Source: the human T2T-CHM13v2.0 reference genome, Homo sapiens. From it: a DNA stretch of 64,000 bases. Under the pieces are notes generated by a model. It worked only from the letters and a program-made list of their open reading frames with translations. It was not told where the DNA came from and did not search any database. Shown here in pieces: positions 58,136 to 64,000 of the stretch (position 1 is its first letter; each line of letters begins with the position of its first letter). The translations under genes and the position numbers were made by a program. The DNA is taken from NCBI RefSeq assembly GCF_009914755.1, contig NC_060929.1. One strand, written 5' to 3'.

Positions 58136-58437
58136 GGCCAGGTGCAGTGGCTCATGCCTGTAATGCCAGCACTCTGGGAGGTCGAGGTGGGTGGATTGCT
58201 TAAGTCCGGGAGTTTGAGACCAGCCTGGCCAACATGGTGAAACCCATCTCTACAAATAATGCAAAAATTAATCAGGCATGGTGGCACATGCCTGTAGTCC
58301 CAGCTACTTGGGAGGCGAGATGGGAGAATTGCTTAACCCTGGATGGGGCAGAGGTTGCAGTAAGCTGAGATTGCACCACTGCATTCCAGCCTCAGTGACA
58401 GAATGGGATCCTGTATCAAAAAACAAAACAAAAAACA
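58136..58437 (+). mobile_element. Alu (AluJb/Sz-like), full length
   Basis: Dimeric Alu; TSD AAGTGACAGAAGA at 58123-58135 and 58438-58450. Confidence 0.96.
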
Positions 58438-58743
58438 AAGTGACAGAAGAATAGTAAAACAAATGAATAAAAGAGGAAACTATAATGTAAGATTTAAGAG
58501 TCAAAACTTTGAAGCTATACCATCTGGGTTCAAATCCCAATTTGCCACTCACTAGCTGTGTGATGCCCAATCATTAAATAGCAATGATAACAAAGTATAT
58601 ACTACAGGGTTGTTTTGAAGAATAAATGGTTGAAGTTTAAGAAATCTGCCTAATATCTGGTTCATGAAACAGTAGACACTCAATAAACATAACTATTATT
58701 GTATGTATGTATATATAAATATACATGAATATATATATACATA

Positions 58744-60730
58744 CAGGCATACCTTATTTTATTACACTTTGCTTTATTACATTACAATTCACAGATATTG
58801 TGTGTGTGTGGTTTTACAGAAATGGAAAGTTGTGGCAAGCTTTCTTTGAGCAAGTCTATTGGTGCCATTTTCCTATACCATGTGCTCACTTCATGTTTCC
58901 GTGTCACATTTTGGTATTTCTTGCAATATTTCAAATTTTTCATTAGGATTATATGTATATGGTGATCAGTAATTTTGAAATTACTATTGTAATTGTTTGG
59001 GGGTGCCGTGAATTGTGCTTATAGAAGATGGCAAACTTAATGTGTGTGTTCTGCCTGCTCCACTTGCCGGCCACTACTCCATCTCTCCTTCTCCTCAAGT
59101 CTCTTTATTTCCTAAGTTACAACAATATTGAAGTTAGGGCAGTTAATAACCCTACAGTGGCCTCTAAGTGTTCAAGTGAAAGGAAGAGTAGCATATCTTT
59201 CACTTCAAGTCAAAAGCTAGAAATGATTAAGCTTAGTGAGGAAGGCATGTCAATAGCCAAGATAGGCCAAAAGCTAGGCCTCTTGTACCAAACAGACAAA
59301 CTGTGAATGCAAAGGAAAAGTTATTGAAGGAAATTAAAAGTGCTACTCCAGTGAACACACAAATGATAAGAAGGCAAAACAGACTCATTACTGATATGGA
59401 GAAAGTTTCATCCCTCTGTATAGAAGAACAAACCAGGCACAATATTCCCTTCAGCCAAAGCCTAATCTAGAGCAATGTTATAGCTCTTTTCAATTCTGTG
59501 AAGTCTGAGAAAGGTGAGGACTCTGCAGAAGTAAAGTTGGAAGCTAGCATAGATTGGTTCATGAGGTTTAAAGAAAAAACTCTCCCCATAACATAAAAGT
59601 GCAAGATGATGCAGCAAGTTATCCAGAAGAACTGGCTAAGATCTTTAATGAAGGTGGCTATATAAAACAACACATTTTTCAGTGTAGATGAAACAGCCTT
59701 CTACTGGAAGAAGATGCCATCTAGGACTTTTATAGAGAGATGTCAATGCCTCGCCTCAAATCTTCAAAGGGATTCTCTTATTAGGGACTAATGTAGCTGT
59801 TGACTTAGACGCCAATGCTCATTTATCACTCTGAACATCCTAGAGCCCTTAAGAATTGTGCTAAACCTTCTCTGCATATGCTCTACAAAGGAAACAACAA
59901 AGCATGGATGTCAGCACATCTGCTTACAGCATAGTTTACTGAATATTCTAATCCTATTATTGTGATGTACTGCTTGTAAAAAAAATATTCCTTTCAAAAT
60001 AATATTATTCACTGACACTGCGCCTAGTCACCCAAAAGCTCTGATAGAAATATATGAGGAGATAAGTGTTGTTTTCATACCTGCTAACACAACATACCTT
60101 CTGCATCCCATGGTTCGCAGAGTAATTTTGACTTTCAAATCTTATTATTTAAGAAATACATTTTGCAAGGCTGTAGTTTCCACAGGTAGTGGCTCCACTG
60201 AGGGATCTGGGCAAAGTAAATTGATAGTCTTCGGGAAAGGATTCATTATTCCAGCTGCTACTAAAAACATTCATGATTCATGGAAAGAGGTCAAAACATC
60301 AACATTAAAAGGAGTTTGGAAGAAGTTGATTCCAACAATCATGGGCAGGAGTTCAAGATGTCAGTGGAGAAAGTAACTACAGATGTAGTAGAAATAGAAT
60401 GAGAACTAGAATTAGAAGTGCAGACTGAAGATGTGACTGAATTGCTGCAATCTCATGATTAAACTTGAATGGATGAGGAGTTGCTTCTTATGAATGAGCA
60501 AAGAAAGTGGTTTTCTGAGATGGAATCTACTCCTGGTGAAGATACTATAAACTTTGTTGAAATGACAAAAAAAGTTTAGAATGTTACATAAACTTAGTTG
60601 ATAAAACACTAGCAGGGTTTGAGAGGACTGACTAATTTTGAAAGAAGTTCACAGTTCTACTATGGGTAAAATGCTATCAAACAGCATTGAATGCTGCATA
60701 GAACTCTTTCATGAAGGAAGAATCAATTGA
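58744..60730 (+). mobile_element. Tigger1 (pogo/Tc1-mariner) DNA transposon, 3'-truncated
   Basis: TA|CAGGCATACCT left TIR; Tigger1 internal sequence up to GGAAGAATCAATTGA; right TIR absent. Confidence 0.93.
59157..60570 (+). pseudogene. Tigger1 transposase (CENP-B-like HTH plus DDE), disrupted
   Basis: ASKCSSERKS...[22 protein letters not shown] and VILTFKSYYLRNTFCKA; the start is GTG and there are multiple stops and frameshifts. Confidence 0.88.
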
Positions 60731-62047
60731 CTCACATACATATGTATAACATAAATGAATGAATGGAAAGAGAGATACGTAGAAAGATATGGTTGGGGTT
60801 GAGGGGAGCAGGGAAGGTGTTACGACCTCTAAAGAAAGAAAAAAAAACAAAAACCATACACCAAAATGGTAATGGGAATTATTTTTGCAAGCAGAAAGAT
60901 GGTAATATTGGTAATTTATTTTGAGATTTGAATTGTTTTAACTCATTTATGTGTTTATTTTCCTCAGAATATATAAGATTTATTAGTTATTAAACATACA
61001 CTTGTAGTTAAATAAGGAAGTTCCTGGTGCAAGGTGTGGCACATAATAGAAACTCAAGATACAACTATCATTATTATTATTATCACTATTGTCATTGAAG
61101 AGAGATAGCACAGAAGCCTCTGAATGAATAATTTTAAGTTAGAATAAAGTTTAATTCTTCTCTCTTACTAACCATGTAGCGTAGGACACACTAATGCAGC
61201 TATGTTTCAGTTTTCTTGTCTGGTAAGTAAGGACATAAGTGCCAACCTCAATGAGCTATGTATGTTAAAGAGATTAAGTTAGCTAACAGAGTATTTTATT
61301 AGCAAAATACCTGAGGCACGGTGAGCGCTTGATCGAGAGAAACAACTTATAATATCCCATCATGATTAATTTGTAAAACTCTTCTACATTTTTCAAATCT
61401 TTTCTCCTGATCACATCTAGTTCTTTCCCCATTCCAGCCCAGGTTGGGCCTTCCATGGATCCTTAACTCTGACTTCATCTCAGCCTTCTGGTCAACATCC
61501 CTTGGCCTTGTTTCCAGTTGCCTCAATCCTTCCATTAAGTCACCAGAGTTGCAAAATCCATTTATTTTGTGATGACTCCTTGCTCAGCTCACCAGGGAAA
61601 CCTGACCAGCCACTTGCCTTTGATCTAAAACCATCCTTTGCCAATTATGATGATACTGGGGAACCAGCAAAAATAGAGCCTTATAGGTAGATATGTGAGC
61701 AAAGCCTATTGCAGAAGGAAATGTGGTCATTGAAAAGAGAGCAGCAGAATTTTTTTCTGCTCTGGAACTGCTAGAAGGCTCAAAGTGCTGACTGGCCTGC
61801 TTTATCAGACACCTTTGCCTGAGGGTTTAAATCATTCTAATTGCTCCGGATTCCTAGGAGGCCAGGAGGCTGCTGATAACTGTTGAGGTCAGCCTGTCTA
61901 CTGCTTGCCCTTTTTGTTGTTGTTGTGTGTGTGTTTTAGAAAAAATGTAAACTACATAAAGGTAGCTTCAGCCCAGAAAGGCAGGAGAATGTTTTCAAGC
62001 ACAGGAGGGGGCAGAGAGAAGAAAGAAGCTTGAAGGAGGAAACAGTG

Positions 62048-62695
62048 TGTGATGGTTAATATTGAGTGTAAACTTGATTGGATTGAAGGATGAAAATTAT
62101 TGTTTCTGGGTGTGTCTGTGAAGGTGTTGCCACAATTAACATTTGAAGTCATGGACTGGGAGAGGAAGACCCACCCTCAATGTGGGTGGGCACCATCCAA
62201 TCAGCTGCCAGGGCAGCTAGAAAGTCTTCCAGCTTTCATGTTTCTCCTGTGCTGGATGCTTCCTGCCCTTGAACATCAGACTCCAGGTTCTTGGGCCTTT
62301 GGACTCTTGGACTTATACCAGTGGTTTGCTAGGGACTCTTGGGCCTTTGGTTACAGACTAAAGGCTGCATTGTCAGCTTCCCTACTTTTAAGGCTTTGGG
62401 ACTCAGACTGAGCCACTATTAGCATCCTTGCTCCTCAGTTTACAGATGGTCTATCTTGGGACCTTACCTTGTGATCCTGTGAGTCAATTCTCCCTAATAA
62501 ACTTGCTTTCATATATATCTATATATTTATATATATGAAAGCGTATATTTGTGTGTAAATATTTGTGTGTATATATACACAAATACATATGTATATATGT
62601 ATATGTGTGTGTATATATGTGTGTGTGTGTGTGTGTGTGTATTTTATATATATATATATCCTATTAGTTCTGTCCCTCTGGAGAATCCTAATACA
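62048..62695 (+). mobile_element. MLT2A2 (HERV-L) solo LTR with expanded TA/TG repeat
   Basis: TGTGATGGTTAATATTGAGTG...CTTGATTGGATTGAAGG...CCTATTAGTTCTGTCCCTCT...CTAATACA; perfect TSD CAGTG (62043-62047, 62696-62700). Confidence 0.92.
62511..62659. repeat. Compound (TA)n/(TG)n microsatellite
   Basis: Read directly. Confidence 0.9.
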
Positions 62696-63329
62696 CAGTG
62701 TAAATCTATCCAAATATTTTAGATTATTTAAATGTTCTCCTCTGTAGACTCACTGAACTGAAATCATCCTCTTTAATGTACTCCGAGGCTCTTTTATTAT
62801 GCAATTTATCAATTTTACAACATATGTTTATTGAATGCCTACTATGTGCCACACAACATTTTATACATTCAATATACTTCACTTGTATTAACTCATTTAA
62901 TTTTCATGGTACCTTTGAAGTAATTATTATTATACCTATTTTTGAGATAAGAAAACTGACAAAGGTTATATTAGTTGCCCAAGATAATACAGAACTAGAA
63001 TTTATGACAAATACATACTTATAATCACGTACTGCATAAAATCATAATTTCTAAATAATGCTTTTTTTACTTGTATATTTAAAGAAACAAATTAATTTCC
63101 AATTCAAACATCTTGGACATCAGTTTTGTGGTCATGCCTGGAGCCACTTTTTGAATCACCTAACATAATATCCCACGCTTCATTTCTGCCTAAGCTGTTC
63201 TTTTTGAATCTGTGTTTTATTCTGACTTATATAGAATTTGAAAATGTTACCAAAACCCCCAACCATTTGAACAATATTTGAACTTTTCATCCATGCATTC
63301 AAAATTCACCATAAACTTATGATATTGAT

Positions 63330-64000
63330 TTTTATCAAAATAATGTATCCATATAGCTTAAAATACAAAGTAGTACTATAAAACTTATGAATTTTTTTTG
63401 AAACTAGACTTTTCCCAACTTCCTTATTCCCCAGACACATCAATTCCTCCTGGCCTCCCTTTGGTATTTACCTCTTCATTTCCATATAATATGCTTAATT
63501 TTGTTATTTTTTATTTACCAAAATTAGACAAAATCTATTGTCTTCCTATTGTGAAAAATAAAGATTTAGTATTCTTCTAACACTAGTCTTCCATTTGTTT
63601 CCAACCTCTCTCCTCTAATTAGTTAGATAACTTTTGGTTAAATAGCCAGAGTTTTTGTCAATGTGAATAAGTATATATTGTTTCCTGCTGAGAAATTATG
63701 AATGATGACATTTTCTTTTATATGAATTTCCTAGGGTTAATAATTTACTTATTTTTTCTTTTGTTACTTCTATGTGCACCTATTGTTATCCCTCTCAAAC
63801 ACTCTGACTTTGTATAATATACTTTCAGCATAGTCAACTGCATTGGGTACTTATTTATTTCATTTTCTGAAAGACTGAACACCTAGACCCATCCATCCTC
63901 CTACTTATGTATTTAAGTTGGTGCTTTCCAGGAATGCTGAACATTTTTTGTGCTAGGACATTCTTTTGCTACCTTTCAAGGAAATTCTTTACCTCACTTC
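63330..64000 (-). mobile_element. HAL1 (half-L1) 3' region
   Basis: TTTTGGTTAAAT, CTGCTGAG, GGGTTAATAATT, GGAAATTCTTTACCTC resemble the reverse HAL1 3' end. Confidence 0.6.

Overview
AT-rich, repeat-dense hominoid genomic DNA (human or great ape, since it carries an L1PA2-type element); intergenic or deep intronic. I recognise no host protein-coding exon or RNA gene. The long ORFs are L1, Tigger1, MaLR or Alu remnants, or chance ORFs. Contents: the 5' half of a full-length L1PA4-6-type LINE on the minus strand; several truncated L1PA copies; a two-LTR MST (MaLR) provirus with a nested MER1B; solo THE1B, THE1C, MLT2A2, MLT1 and LTR16 LTRs; three Alus; a truncated Tigger1; hAT MITEs; HAL1; many MIR and L2 relics. 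Most notable structures: (1) an L1PA3 3' transduction carrying about 470 bp of non-L1 DNA inside a 15-bp TSD; (2) two twin-primed (inverted) L1s; (3) an L1PB with an apparently self-templated inverted insert and scrambled filler; (4) three L1 copies that break at the same point at the end of ORF2; (5) a 362-bp tandem duplication with a gene-conversion-like identity step; (6) an internally deleted L1MB with both ends and a TSD; (7) five LTRs retaining DUX4-type motifs. Subfamily names come from remembered consensus diagnostics, not a database search, and boundaries of old repeats are approximate. I found no evidence for a new protein-coding system.
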